Of a stretch of DNA of 64,000 nt, positions 13,181-27,600 are shown one piece after another (within the stretch, counting starts at the first letter, position 1; each line of letters opens with the position of its first letter). The stretch covers positions 233,949 to 297,948 of the forward strand of contig NW_004797776.1 in the NCBI RefSeq assembly GCF_000002075.1, written 5' to 3'. The notes below the pieces were generated by a model. That model was given only the letters and a program-made list of their open reading frames with translations. It was not told where the DNA came from and made no database searches. A program made the position numbers and the translations under genes. Source of the stretch: Aplysia californica (Eukaryota).

Positions 13181-16100
13181 ACACTCACACTCACAATCAT
13201 GCTCGCACTCGTGCTTACCACATGCCCAGCACTATTGCAGTGTGGTAGAATGAGTCGGCTTGGGTGCATGGGAGCATGCTGTGACTTGTGTGTTCTGCTA
13301 CTGAGCATTTTCTGTTGAAAATTGGCGTTTAAAATGTTTCTTCTTGATTGACACTGGGTCAGGGTTGTGTTCAGGACTCTACGATAATGCAGCAAACTCT
13401 CCAACTCCACCACTAATAAACTAGTCCTTTTGTGTAGACCAATTCATACGACTATTCTTGCCTGCTCTTGTTGATGCAGTATTTGTGTAGCGTGCACTAT
13501 AGGTCAGTGGTGAATGTTACGGGGTTCTTCATACCATGATCAATTGCCTTTGCTTAGCAAGGTGCACTCACTGTAGTTTGAAAACATATTTGGGGATTGT
13601 TTTTTTGGGGAGCGTTTTCATCAGTTGATCAGGCTTTTAAAAGTAAATATTTAAAATTAAAATGCAACTCAAATCTGAAATTAATGCTGTTATGCAGGTC
13701 AGTTGAATTTTCTGAACTAAGTAAGTCTTACAGTTAGTGTTGAGGTACTTTAACCTGTGGCCAGGTGAATGTGAAGGCTGTAAGAACAATTTTATTGGAT
13801 TGGAATCGAAAGGAGTGCTTAATTTTTTTTTCTCCTTTTTTAAACGTATGTGCTTTTATTTGAAATTTATTTGTATTTACTTATGACCTCAGAATGAGTT
13901 ATGCTTAAGTTTGGCTTTTCCTGCTATGCTCTGCTGAATTTTAAAGATTTTTTTATCATCATTAATTTTTAGATGTAGATTAGGTTATCAGTGTGACTTT
14001 TGCATGTTCTTTTGGAAATTGATTATTAATATTTTTTGTCTCCTGGCAATTTCCTGTTCATCATTTGGTGGAAGACTGATTTTTTTGAAAGTTTAAAATT
14101 ATTTTCAGAATTAGAAAGAGTACATTTGTTCATTTTACATGATTTAGATGGTTTTTAGTGAGCTTTCAATAGAGGATATTCGTGGGAGGTTCCAGATTTA
14201 CTTGCATGAAATACATTTTCTGCACATGGATGTGGACTTTTCGTGTCAAAAGAGTACTTACTTCCCACTGTCTCTCTTTCTATTTCTCTTGTTTGATCTG
14301 TGTATTTGTTTCCCCCATTGCCATGTGCAGGAGCAGGTGAGATTCTCTCTGTAGCTGATCACTCCAGGCCTTTTTAGTTGTGTTTTTTTTTTTTTTTTAA
14401 CTTTTAGTTCAGGGATGGGCATTCTCCAAAGTTTTCAGAAATCCAAACTGAAAAGGGGAAAAAAAAGTGAGGAATGTTTGTTTTTGTCAGAATTCAATGA
14501 CAAAGAGGTTAGTGATGTTGCACACTCTCCCATTGGGAAAAATTGAGGTTGCTTTGGGGTTGTTGTTTTTATCTTGGTTTTTTTTTTCTAGTCATGCCCC
14601 TCCCTGTATTTTTTAAAAAGTCACTGCCTATGTGCTAGCCTTCTTTATAGTACCCCCTTACTGTATTCACAATCTCTTTTTGTACTGGTGAAGGAAAATT
14701 CTTGCCCTCTTTTTACGCTCTGCAAAATGTAGAGCCCTTATTCCAAATTGTGGTTGAGAGTTGTACAGATCTGTATAGGGAACGTTGTGTTGTATTTTGA
14801 GTAGAGGGTGTGCCTTGTACTCATCCAGATCTTTGGTATGTTTAATTATTTGCCGTAATTTCATGGTGCTAGTTCTTACTCTTTTGTCTACTGGTGGAAT
14901 GGGTTCTAGATTTACCGCCTAGTTTTAGTTTAGTCTTGCCACGAAACCCAAAAATGTTCTGATTTTGTTGTTGTTTTTTTCTGGGGTTTTTTTTTTTGTT
15001 TTTGTTTTTGTTTTTTTCTTTGTTTTTGTTTTTGTTTTTTTCTTTGTCCTTTGTTGTGTCTAAGAGATGTTGGTAATTTTCTCGAGGATCACCAAGATGT
15101 TGTTATTGATGTTGTGGGATTTGTGATATCACTATTATTTGTTTTCTTTTCAAAACTTTGCTTTGGTTGATATTGTAGTCGTTGAGCTCAACTGGTGAGT
15201 TTTGAAGTAATTGCTTGAATGCTGTGTCACATGCAGGGAACAGAATAGTATTTCTTTATCACGGTGAAACCATGCTTGTTGATTACTCATCTATGCGGTT
15301 GTAGAAAAGCATTGTCTTATGTGATTCCTTGTGGGTGGTTGGCGGGTGCTCTGGTGTGGTTTGCTTCTTCTTTCCTATCAAACGTCTATCGTCCTTATCT
15401 CCCCTTCTTCTTTTTTTATGTTTGTTACTCTCTTGTAACACGTCTAATCTTCTGGCATTCATATGACCTTATGCAGCTGCAAGCGCCGTAAAACCTCTAC
15501 TGAAACTAACTGTGATTCCTTCTCTGCTGAGTGCATGATTGTCAGGAATATATTTTTGTTAGTCTGGGACAATAAAACTAGAAGTGTTTCTTGTGGGGAC
15601 AGTGTCTTCCTAGCATAACTTGTGAAGTCTAACCCTCAATTGTGAGTGGTTGGAGGGTGCTCTGGTGTGGTTTGCTTCTTCTTTCCTATCAAACATCTAT
15701 CGCCCTTATCTCCTCTTTTTTATGTTTGTTACTCTCTTGTAACACGTCTAATCTTCTGGCACTCATTTGACCTATTATGCAGTTGCGAGCACCGTAAAAC
15801 CTCTACTAAAATTTAAAAACCCTCAATTTCGCCCCCACCCCCAGGGCAGTGCTAGTGACTGAAGTGTCTTGCTTTAGGCCATTCCCAAAGGGGGATATTA
15901 ACATTTTCTTATGCACAGTAGAATTGTAAATGGGCAGATTTATCACTGCCATGCTCATACTGTGTCTGAACAACATAGGGGGAACTGCTGCTTTTTCTTT
16001 CCTCATCCTTACTATCGTCATTATTCCTCTACTTCTTTTATATGTTTGTCACTCTCTTGTGAACTATTTCTGGGGTGCCTTGATAGTCGAAGCAGACTTT

Positions 16101-19100
16101 GTGTTGTTGACACTAGATAGGTGAGCAGAGTAATCCTGATTCCCCGTGTGGACTTCTCTCTTGACATCCACCCCGTGGCGCTAATATGACCTTATGCAAT
16201 TACGAGTGCCGTAAAACCTTACCAAAACAAAAACAAAACAAACGAACCCTCAATGTTTCATTGAAAAGTCAGTGAGATACAGATGCGGTATTGTTCTCAT
16301 TGTCAACCTCATTTTCATTGTGCTCTCTAGCACCCGAGCAGATGGTTGATAGGTGTTCGAAATTGTTTGTTGGTGGTTTGCAGGTGCTCTGGTGTGGTTT
16401 GCTCTTTCTTTCCTATCAAACATCTGTCATCAGTATCTCCCCTCCTCCTTTTTTTGTCTTTGTTACTCTCTTGTAATACCTCTAATCTTCGGCATTTTTA
16501 AGCGAATTGCGCTGCAAGTGCCATAAAACTCTTACTAAAACAAAACGAAAATGGTTTGCTTCTACTACTTTTCAGAATTTCTAATATCGCTATCCGTTCT
16601 CGGCGAAAAGTAGCCTTTATCACGATGTCATTGTTAAACTACAGGTCAACAGCTGCTACTGTTTATTACTGTCCGAGTTGTTTTTCCTCTCTTTCTTTTT
16701 TATTACTCGTTTTCTCTGTCCATACGCTTCTCTCTTAAACATAAATACAACATAACAAGTTACCTGCTTGGTCCTAAGGTCTCAAACGTAGCTTTATCTT
16801 ACTTTATCTGCGACATGTATCCTGATAGATAATATATGTCACATGATTATACCTCTGCTTGTGGGAAATAACAAGTTATGTTTGTGGTTTATTTTGTAAA
16901 CTTAACTAGTGGAGGTGGAAATGTTTCGCAATGTTATAGATGAGCATGTGTTTATTATTTATTATAGTAGAGGGTTTTACGGCACTCGCAACTGCATAAG
17001 GTAATATGAGCGCCAAGGGGTGGGTGTCAACAGAGAAGTCTTTACAGGGAATCAGACCCACTCTGCCCACCTCTCTAGCTTCAACAGCACAAGGTCTGCT
17101 TCAACTATCAAGGCAACCCGGAAATAGCAGGTCACAAGAGAGTGACAAACATACAAAAGAAGTAGAGGAAAATGGCAATAGTAAGGATTAGGAAAGAAAA
17201 AGCAGCAGTTCCGTGTTGTAGATCAGGCACAGTTATGAGCGTGACATGAATCAGCCCATTTTCTACTGCACTTGAACGAGAAATATCCCCCCTTTGGGAA
17301 TGGCCTAAAGACACTACAGTCGGTGGCACTGCCCCAGGGGGTTTGAGCATGTGTGCTAGGTGTCGGGTTTACGTGTGCCACCTAGAGGAGTTGAAGGAGA
17401 TTTATTTTTTTTACGCTGCAACTCGAAGTGGTCATGTTTGAGACTGAGGTTCGAATTGAATATTTGCAGTCAGTTGCGCTGTCGAACAATGAGGCGGGGA
17501 AAAGGGGTGGGGTTGTGGAGGCGTGGTTGTAAGTAAGTTGTGGAAGACGTCTAATCGAGATGAGCTTTTTACTGCGGAGTAGAAACCATCCTGATGAACG
17601 TGGCTTACGGAACGTGCGAGTCGTACAGGTTATTTATGCCTGGTCTGTGCCCTTCTGAATTGGGTGCGAAGTTGCAGCAGTCTACTTTGCCTTATTTCCC
17701 ATCAAACATCTGTGTTTATCTCTTCTCCTTTTTTTCTTTGTATGTTTTTCTCTAATAACACCTATAATCTCGCTCTGGCACTTTTGAGGTTAAACTCACT
17801 TGTGCAGGGGATATTTTGCAATGGGGCAAGTTTGATGCGGGTGGTTGGAAGGCGCTACTCGCTATTGGTAGGTCCTACTTTTTTACTTTTCCTCCGTTCA
17901 TTCAGTCTGTCCTACTTTTTCTCTGCATTATGACAATTATTGTGTCGTTGTGCTTCTCCTTACTCAAACAACTCTCGAGAAAAAGAAGAAAAGCCACTGT
18001 GTTATATAATTATTATTAGTCGATTGCGTATGTGTTAATATATTTTTGCGCCCGAGACTTACGCCTTCCCGTCTGGTTTCGCCCTGAGTCGGAACAGTCC
18101 GTTTCCTAAATTGTATCTACGGAGATTTAAAGGGTTTCCTGCTACGTTTATAAGTATTGTGAGCTGTGTATGTTTGTCGCCATGGCAACCTGGCTGGACT
18201 TGTGCTGCAAATTTTAACCTGTCACGACCGGCGCAGCTTCTTTTATCTTATCGTTGCGACCGTCGCTGACCTTTGACCTCCCAGAGGTCATGACACGTGT
18301 GAGGTCGGGGAGGCAGGGTCGTTGACGCGTTGTATTGACGTGTCTACTCCCACTATATTGTGGTGTGTGGTGTGTAGATTTGTTTTCTCCTGTGGGTGTT
18401 GTTTTGACGGGGTCTTGGAAGTAAAATCACGGTTTCCTGTCACCAGGACTTCAGTCGACCCGTCTGCGTTTGTGATTCTTGGATTTTTTTTCCTTCTCCA
18501 TTTGGGATGGTTGAAGGGGGCCACCGGTACCGGTAGGCAGTAGATCTACTTCTTTCCTTTGCCTCTTGTTGCTCTGTATGTGTACTTGATTATTTTTTTT
18601 TCCTCGTGTAAAAAAAAATAATTCGAGTGGGTGGTTGGCGGGTGCTCTGATAGTGTGGTTTGCTCTTTCTTTCCTATCAAACATAATCTGTTCTCTTTAT
18701 TATTATCTCTTCTCCTTTTTTGTGTACCCGCCCGGTATGTTACTCTCTAGTAACACTTCTCATCTTAAGAACTTTTATTATCGTAATCATGTTAAAAATG
18801 CTGTTTAAGCTCTTACTAAAACAAACACAAATGTAATGCTATGTCCGGTGTTGTATACATGTTTTTCTGTTTACGCATGTAGGCTATTAAACCAAATACG
18901 CTGTATTAAAAAAAGGGTGGNNNNNNNNNNNNNNNNNNNNNNNNNNNNNNNNNNNNNNNNNNNNNNNNNNNNNNNNNNNNNNNNNNNNNNNNNNNNNNNN
19001 NNNNNNNNNNNNNNNNNNNNNNNNNNNNNNNNNNNNNNNNNNNNNNNNNNNNNNNNTTTTGATGGCTGGTGCAGTGATCTGCTCGTACATACGTTTCAGC

Positions 19101-21565
19101 CTCACCATTGTCCTAAATCCTAATCTTCCACCCGGTGAAATGACTGTGTTATCGGCGCTGATTCGTTGTAATACTACGACGATACAATAGGGCTATTCCA
19201 CGGTAACTGACCATTCAAATGAGGTATTTTTTTTCTGCCCCATCAGTTACCGAAACTAAACACGTCAAAGAATTTGCATAAAGCACTTTTTTTTTCAAAT
19301 GACTGCATTTTATATTATTCTTAATGTCTTTCAAAGTGGGTGGTTGGCGGGTGCTCTGGTGTGGTTTGCTTATTCTTTCCTGTCCTTTTTTGTGTTTGTT
19401 ACTCTCTTGTAACACCTCTAATCTTTGGCACTTAAATTACCTTATTATGTTGCAAGTTACTTAAAACACTTACTAAGACTAAATGTCTTTCAAATGTTCT
19501 GATCATTTAAAGTAAATTGATATTGAATTACAGTGTTTACGTGTGTTATCCTTGTAGCCTTGTAAGAAAGTTTGTTCCAAATGTCCTCGTGGAATGGCCC
19601 TGTTGCAAGTCGTGCCGTGGTATCAACCGATTGCAGAGCGTGGTAATGATGGCCGTGGTGGGGTGTGTTTCCCTGTATCTTTCTTTGGCTCTAGATTTGT
19701 TGTGCTGTAACTTTGTAAGTACAAGGGCCGTATCCTTGTGTAGTAGTGTGTTCTAGTAGTTGAACCCACAAAGGCAGGTGATTGGGTGGTTGGAGGGTGG
19801 GTGACGCTTGAAACTCTTAATAGTTCTTTTCTATTTTCCATTTGTTTCTGCTATCCACCTTGCTTTTTACTTACTAAAGAAACGCTCTGAGATGTCTCTC
19901 AAAGCCACTTGAACGATTGAAGTGGCGTGACAGAATCAGATAGCTCTTTGGTGGGTGTTGGGAGGGCACCGCTGGTTGGTCCTATTTCTTTACTTTTCCT
20001 CTGTTGTTTCTGTCTGTTCGTCTTACCTTTTCCCAGCACTAGTGACCGTTCATTATTGTGTCGATCTGCTTCTCTTTACTGAACTAATTTCTAAATTGGT
20101 ATTACTGTGTTGATGTTGCTTCTCTTTACTCAATTAACATTAAACTCAAACTAACATTAAACTGATCGGTGGGTGGTTGGCGGGTGCTCTGGTGTGGTTT
20201 GCTTCTTCTTTCCTGTCAAACATGTATCGGCCTTATCTCCCCTTCTTCTTTTTTGTTTGTTACTCTCTTGTAACAGCTCTACTAATCTTCTGGTGCTCAT
20301 ATGACCTTATGCAGTTGCGAGCGCCGAAAAACCTCTACTAAAACTAAAACTAAAATTAACAAGGCAATCCTCAATGTCCTGATCGGATGTTGGAACAACT
20401 TTCTGTTTAGTTCTTCTTGTAACAACTCTAATCATCAGGACTTATAATACCTTATTGTGTTGCAAGTGCCAGAAAACTCTTAATAAAACTAAACTTAAAC
20501 TTACCCGACCGTATTATGTTACAAGTTCCGGAAAACTCATACTAAAATCTAATTTACGTAGTATCTCGATCTTTCTGCGTAGAAGTGATGTGATTGTAGC
20601 CTCTAGCAACAATGTGAATGAAGCCTCTAGAGGAGTAGTGAATATAGCCTTCTGCAGGGATGTATCTGTATTTAGTCTTCAGCAGGGGATGTGAATATAG
20701 CCTTCAGTAGCAATATGAATGTAGCCTCCGGAGATGATGTAAATGTAGCGTCCAGCTGGGGTGTGAATGTAACTTCCAGTAGCAGTGTGAATGTAGCCTC
20801 CGGCAGGGATGTGAATGTAGCTTCCAGTAGCAGTGTGAATGTAGCCTCCACCAGGGATGTGAATGTAGCTTCCAGTAGCAGCGTGAATGTAAATGTAGCC
20901 TCCAGTAGCTGTGTGAATGTTGCTTCCAGTAGATGTGCAAATGTATTAGACTGTAAAGAAGAGCAAAACAAAAACCAGAACTACAAGTTTTCACGGCAAA
21001 GGAGTCAGGAAAACAAACTGGTAAGGCCCACATAAGGAAATTAGAAAATGTCAGTCAAAAGTGATCAAATTGTCACTAGTAACACCATCCAGTGACTTCT
21101 TCATGGATTCTGGGGCAAGAGACGAAGCTGCTTCTTGTAGGCCCAGCTTTTGATAATGTACACACTGTGAACCAGTATTCGAGTAAACCAAACCAGTGCT
21201 ATCAACAGCTGGTGTCATGCCCCTCCCTCCCCCCCCCCTCCCCGTGAACTGTACACAAAGTCAATGATAGGGGAGGAAGATTTGTCGAATTTCAAAACAC
21301 ACAGTTACCAAGTAAACTGAGTCTGGTCCAGGTCAGGAGGTGTCAGTCCTTTTAACAAGTAGATTGAATCGTTGCCAGGCCAGGAGGCAGGGCTTTTTTT
21401 GTTTTGGTTGTTTGCTCACATAAGCGGTAAATTTCTTAACCACCACCCCTGCCCATTTTTTTTTTGTCCCTGCCGTAGCAGCTGTGTAACATCTGTGAAT
21501 GACAGCAGAATATGTCGTGTCACCCAACCACTTCTTGAAGGCCATTTAGAGAGAGAGAGAGAGAG

Positions 21566-21614
<49 letters not shown>

Positions 21615-24600
21615 ACGCACACATGTGTGTGTGTGTGAGGGGGGGGGGGGGGGAATTGGATCAGGGACGAATAATGCCTAGTGTACAGTTCTACTGTTTT
21701 GTTTATCCATTTATTATTCTATTGTTGTATTGTTTGATTCATTGTGACTTTGAGGGTTGTATAGAGCTCTATACCAGTGCGGGGAAGTCTTGGGTGATGC
21801 TTAGGTGCATACGAAAGTGGAGTGTGCATTCGTGACTTGGAAACCATACTGTAAACATTGCTTTTGATATGCGCATAATAATTGGTACCTTTTTTTCTCT
21901 CTTTGTATAAGGTATGCTAAAATCTATTGGGACACCAAAGGAGACTGACAATATGTTTTCACTATCTTTTGTACAAAACATACACAGGATATTCCTATCT
22001 CCTCCGCTCCCCCCCCCCTCCCCACCTCCCTGTAAATCTTTCTGTCTTGTTCTTNNNNNNNNNNNNNNNNNNNNNNNNNNNNNNNNNNNNNNNNNNNNNN
22101 NNNNNNNNNNNNNNNNNNNNNNNNNNNNNNNNNNNNNNNNNNNNNNNNNNNNNNNNNNNNNNNNNNNNNNNNNNNNNNNNNNNNNNNNNNNNNNNNNNNN
22201 NNNNNNNNNTGCCATGTCTCATGCAGTAGTAAAAGATAAATTAAAATTCAATGACATTGTCAGAAGTAGGCAGAGTGTATTAGGTTCTGTTGGAACTTCT
22301 GTTGTTTTCAAGGAGGTGATTGTTGGAAAACAAAGCAAGAGCTAGTTGTGAGAAAGGTGAATGAACAGCAGACTCGCCCAACTTGCTGAAAAAATTTATG
22401 TCGAGAAAATTAACTTTTTTTTTTTTTACTCCACTTCTTAAAGGAATTTTGCAAGCAGATTCATTTCGAGTATTTCGTTATTGGGTTGAAATTGAGTTTC
22501 ACTAGTGAGGAATAGATGGGGTTAAGGTTATGATAGGAAGTGTTTGAGAGCAATTTTTTGTGTGCACCTTTTTTTTTTCCATGGACTGTTGTACCGTTTA
22601 TACTGATTTGGTGTTGTTTTTAATATTGATGCTTATGACCACATCTTTTTGTTTGTAGAGGAAGGAAAGTCATAAGTGTGATTTTTTTTTAACTTTCACT
22701 ATCATTGGAGATAAGCTGTACCACATTCACCCCCAAGCAACTCTTAAACATTCTTGATAAGACTTTGAAACGTATCTACAGTCCCCATCATCTTCAGGAT
22801 CATATCATGTCAGCAAGTTTAAAGAAATGTCAAGAAATTATTTTCACAATTTCTGATTTATGTTATGAAATTCCGCATTACATTTTGAAAATCTTAATTT
22901 TTATACAATTTTCCTTCTTTTCATTTCAGAATGCTGCTGAGAATGCTAAAGAATTAGACAGGCTAAAGTTAGAATCGTACAAGTCTAGGTAAGTACAGGA
23001 ATCCTTCTACCTGTGGTATTCTCTTGAAGCTGTAGTTACTTTAGTGTTTACATATATTTTTGTGAAGCGTACCGTTGAAATGAGTTACTGCTGCGTCAAA
23101 TAATTTATTGATGGAATTCATATCATTAATTAGTATGAAATGACAAGAGACACGTTAAACTTGAAAAAAAAAAAATGCGCTAGTTGAAAGTAAACAAATG
23201 CGACCCTTATGTCAATTTTAGGCTGATATCTCCATTTAGGGATTGCAAGGAGTAACTCATTTTGTCAGCACATCTGACATATGTACATCTTGTTCTGTAA
23301 CCGAATGGCTGAGATGTTGGTTATGACAGTTCCATCTCTATGGCTTTGTTATGGCATTTTACAGTATTGCACATTTGTCTGTATGAAAGTTTGTTTTCAA
23401 CTCCAATGTAAGGATAAAGCAACAAAATTATTTTTAAAGGTCTTGGTGCAGTGGTGGTGTTCTCATTTTACTCAAATCTTTATATCACTAATTTTTTAAA
23501 GTATGGGGGTGTATATACTTTGAATTCCATCAACCCATTTTGGTAGGTTGTATATTACAGAGAATATCTGACATGCTTTAGGAGACTCAACATGCATGAA
23601 ATGATGTACTCATCGGACACTATAGTTTCTTACTTTTTAAAACTGTTGGATGTTGAATTGAGATTGATTTAATCTGTGACACTGAATTGACTGAAGTGTA
23701 GCAGGTAGACCAAGCAACGCGTCATGATGTGTGCCAAATCCTGATTCTTGATAAATCAGCAGGTCATTGAAGAATAAGAATCCACATTACTTCACTTTGG
23801 TTGGGTTGATCCTGGCAATTGCTTTGTGTTGTTTCAGTAAACAGAATGAGGAGCTGAAGCAGCAAGTATCTGAGCTGTCGGAGCAGCTACAGGCCAAGGT
23901 CACTGAGTGCAAGTCGTCCTCAGACGAAGTGACGGAGCTACAGAAGAAGTTGGAGATGGCAGAGCTCTACGCCCAGCAGGTAAGTCTATTGTTGTACATT
24001 GTCTGACTGGACGTGTTTTACACCTGTATCAGTAAGTGGTTGGAAGACACAATTGGTAGGTCCTACTTCTTTTCTGTTGTTTCCCTCTGCTGTATTTTTT
24101 CGGTTTTTTTTTTCTTTTTACCGGCTTTAACCAACCAAACTTTATTGTGTCTAAGTGCTTCTCTTTACTGCAAAACCCTTAAAAAAAACAATTTCGGTCA
24201 TTAAGTGTGCTAGGCTGTTTTCATTCTGCCTGTTAGGGCCAGCCTGTGCTGTGTTGGGGTACATTCCTGCACAAAGATAGAGATATTTTATAAAATGTCT
24301 TCCTCATATGGTTTTTGTACTTACGTCTTTCATGTACGAGGTGTGGAGCCCCTAAATTACACAGGAAGAAACACTTTGGGCTAATAGTAGGACCCTAGTA
24401 TTAAAAGTTAAATATGTGAATACTTTGATTCTTTTCCCCCCCAAACTTTTTGTGTGTTGAATTACGGATTGCCTTTTAATGCTTTTATGATACCAATTTG
24501 TGTCTTTGTGAGCAATACAAGTTCTAGATGTCTCTTTAGACTAAGCGGGGGGGGGTTCTATGATTCCATTACTGGAATCTGTTCCTGGCTAAATAGGACA

Positions 24601-27600
24601 GTTACTGTGCTGGCTCTGAGTGAACTACTATAGGATGACTTACAAATTGTCAGTAAGCTGTTCAAATGTCTATAAAAGAAAAAAAAATTTTAAGGAGGAA
24701 GAAAAAACTGTTTTCTTCTTTTAACAATTGTACCTAATTTGTGTATCATCTCTTGCTTTTTAAAAAAAATTAGAAGTTGAATTTCGTCAACATATTTCTT
24801 GAACTCATGCAAACAATACCAAAGATTAAGAAAAGTACAATTTTTAACAAAGTCTAAATTTTGGTCTTAGTACATTTGAACAGCTGGGAATGTTTTTTTC
24901 TCCCTCCCCAGCTTTCGAGTGAGAGTGAGAACACCCAGGGCAGTGTGGAGATTCTCAACTCTCTCCAGAAGGAGAGGGACAGTCTGCTGGCGAGATTACA
25001 TCAGGTGAGTGGACAAATGTGTGATTGACGATGATAGAGAGAAACAGTCAGGTGTTAAGGTCTTTTAAGGTGAATAAAATAATGTGTTGAGAAGGAGCAG
25101 AAGAGAGAGCTAGAAGCATGTGGAAGAGAGAAATGGAGGGAGACAAAGGGAGAGAAAAGAGAAAGATAAAGCTGAAATATGATTTCAAGTTTGCATTATC
25201 AAGCACAACCTCTTAAGACTGGCTTTTTTATGTATCTTTACGAATAAGATTTTCAGAGTAGTCAGATAAGATTATTTTAAGCTAGATGCTAAGACCAAAT
25301 TTCATTTATCACTACATATTTTTATTTCTGAATGTTGTGGGAAGTAAGTAACACTGTCTATGCAATAACTTAAAGACCTATAGGTTGTTGGCCTGATCCT
25401 GGAGAGAAAAAAGAAAAAGGCAATGTGGTAAATTCATAAACTAGTGTAAGGAAAATATATAGGATAACAAATCAATAATGTCCATCTGTAGGGGCTGTGT
25501 GATTTGGATCTAAGATACCTGAGGCACTCCCACAACAGGTGTGGGGTTTGGATTAAGTGAGCTGAAGTTTGGGAACCTAATCAACGCTGATTATTGTTCA
25601 TTGCCCTAAGCTGATAAAACGCCTTTTTTTTTTTCATTTTTGGCACCAAATTTTTTAATTTGCTTCACCAATAGCCTGATCACCCCACTTTTCTGAAAAT
25701 ATCAAAGTTAAACTGTGACTAGTTTTTTAATAAATTAGAATACAAATTTTGGAAGAACACCTTTTCTTTAATGGTTACGGTGACAAAATTCCTTTTTTCT
25801 TGAAACTACTGTGAATGCATGCACGCACAAAAGACGTTTTGTCAGCTGGCGGAAGAACAGGCCACTTAAGTTTATCTCCCATAATGTCATTCCTGATGTT
25901 ATTTTTGTTGTTATTGTCTTATTATCGGACCACATTTTGTTCTTCCCGTCATCGCCCCATCCAGCATGAGGAATTGACGCAGAAGCTCCAGTCGGAGCGT
26001 GACCAAGTGACAGACCAGTACCAGCAATACACAGAGCAGCTCCGGCACCAGTCGCAGCAGGTCACACAGCAGGTACTCATTTCTGTTTATATGTACTCGA
26101 GGTTCTCATGTAGGTCCAATAAAGGGATACACTTTTGACTCCTCAAGGCTTTATACCTTTCGTATCTACCTGAAGGACTCTGTTGTTTCTAAAAGGTACT
26201 CAGTTTACCTAAACAACATATACTCTTTTATGTGACCACAATACACAGACTCACATCAGCACAATATATGCTCTTATGTGTACTCAAGATATGGTGGTTG
26301 GAGGGCGCCACTGGTAGGTCCTACTTCTTCTCTTTCCCTTTGTTGTTTCTGTCTGTCTTGCTCCTTCCCTGCCCTTCGTGAACATTATTGTGTCAATGTG
26401 CTTTTCTTTACTCAAACTCAAAGTGCTTGCTAACCCTCCGGGGCAGTGCTACTGACTGAAGTGTCTTTAGGCCATTCCCTAAGAGGGGAACATTAACATC
26501 TCGAGTTCTTATATGCAGTAGAATTGTAATTGTAAATGGGCTGATTCATCTATGTCATGTTCAACTGTGCCTGAACTGCAACAGGGAACTGCTGCTTTTT
26601 CTTTCCTAATTCTTAAAACTATCATAATTTTTCCTCTACTTCTTTTGTATGTTTGTCACACTCTTATGACCCGCTATTTCCGGGATGCCTTGAAAGTCGA
26701 AACAGACTTTGTGCTGTTGAAGCTAGAGAGGTGAGCTGAGTTAGTCTGATTCCCTGTAAAGTCTACTCTGTTGACATCCACCCCTTGGCGCTCATATGAC
26801 CTTATGCAGTTCCGAGCGCCGTAAAACCTCCACTAAAACAAACAAAAGTACTCACTTTCGTCAGCATGAAGCACTCTTACGTCTACATGAGCTTCTCATT
26901 TTTGTTTATGTTTCAGTCAGGGCACCCTGTCAGCTCAGTTGTTATCATGCTGAACTGCTATGTTTGATTAATTTTCCTGAACTTCGACTGTTTGGGGGTG
27001 TTTTCAAGGGTTTCCACCATTTGATTCTGTGCCATATGATACTGAAGTTGCATCAGATGTACCACCTCTGACATAACTTTACAGTGTTGAAAGAGCCATT
27101 AAACCTTCAGCATACCTTTCACATGGATCATTTGTAATGAACTTTGCTTCATCCGTGCTCTTCTCTTGAACTAAAAGACAGACAAAGCTCATGGATGGTT
27201 GTTTTGGTACCACTGGGAGATCTATTTCTTTACTGTTCCTCTGTTTTATATTTTGTTGAATTTGCTTTTCCTGAACGCGTAATGACCACTTCTGTGTGGA
27301 TGTGCATGTGTTTATTTTAAAAAATGTTTTAACAAAAGAAACCAACCTTGGCTCTAATTCACTGCTGATGTCCCTACCTTCTCAGGTAACAGTTCTCACT
27401 GAGGAGAGAGAGCAACTGCTGAACAAGCAGCATGAGCTAGAGGGCGCTGTGCACGAGTTGCAGAGGAAGCTAGGTGAGTGATGCTGCTTTGTTCTGGATA
27501 ATTTATGACTGTCACTTGTTATCACTGGACAATGTACTGCTGTGTACTGTTAAATGGTTTTTGACTGAATTAGAAGGTCTTAAAATTCTGTCGTCCTGCT

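Noticed and set aside
20672-21035. ORFs with repeating VNVASSSS / LLEATFT peptides
   Set aside because: By-product of the 24-bp minisatellite; no splice sites or coding context.
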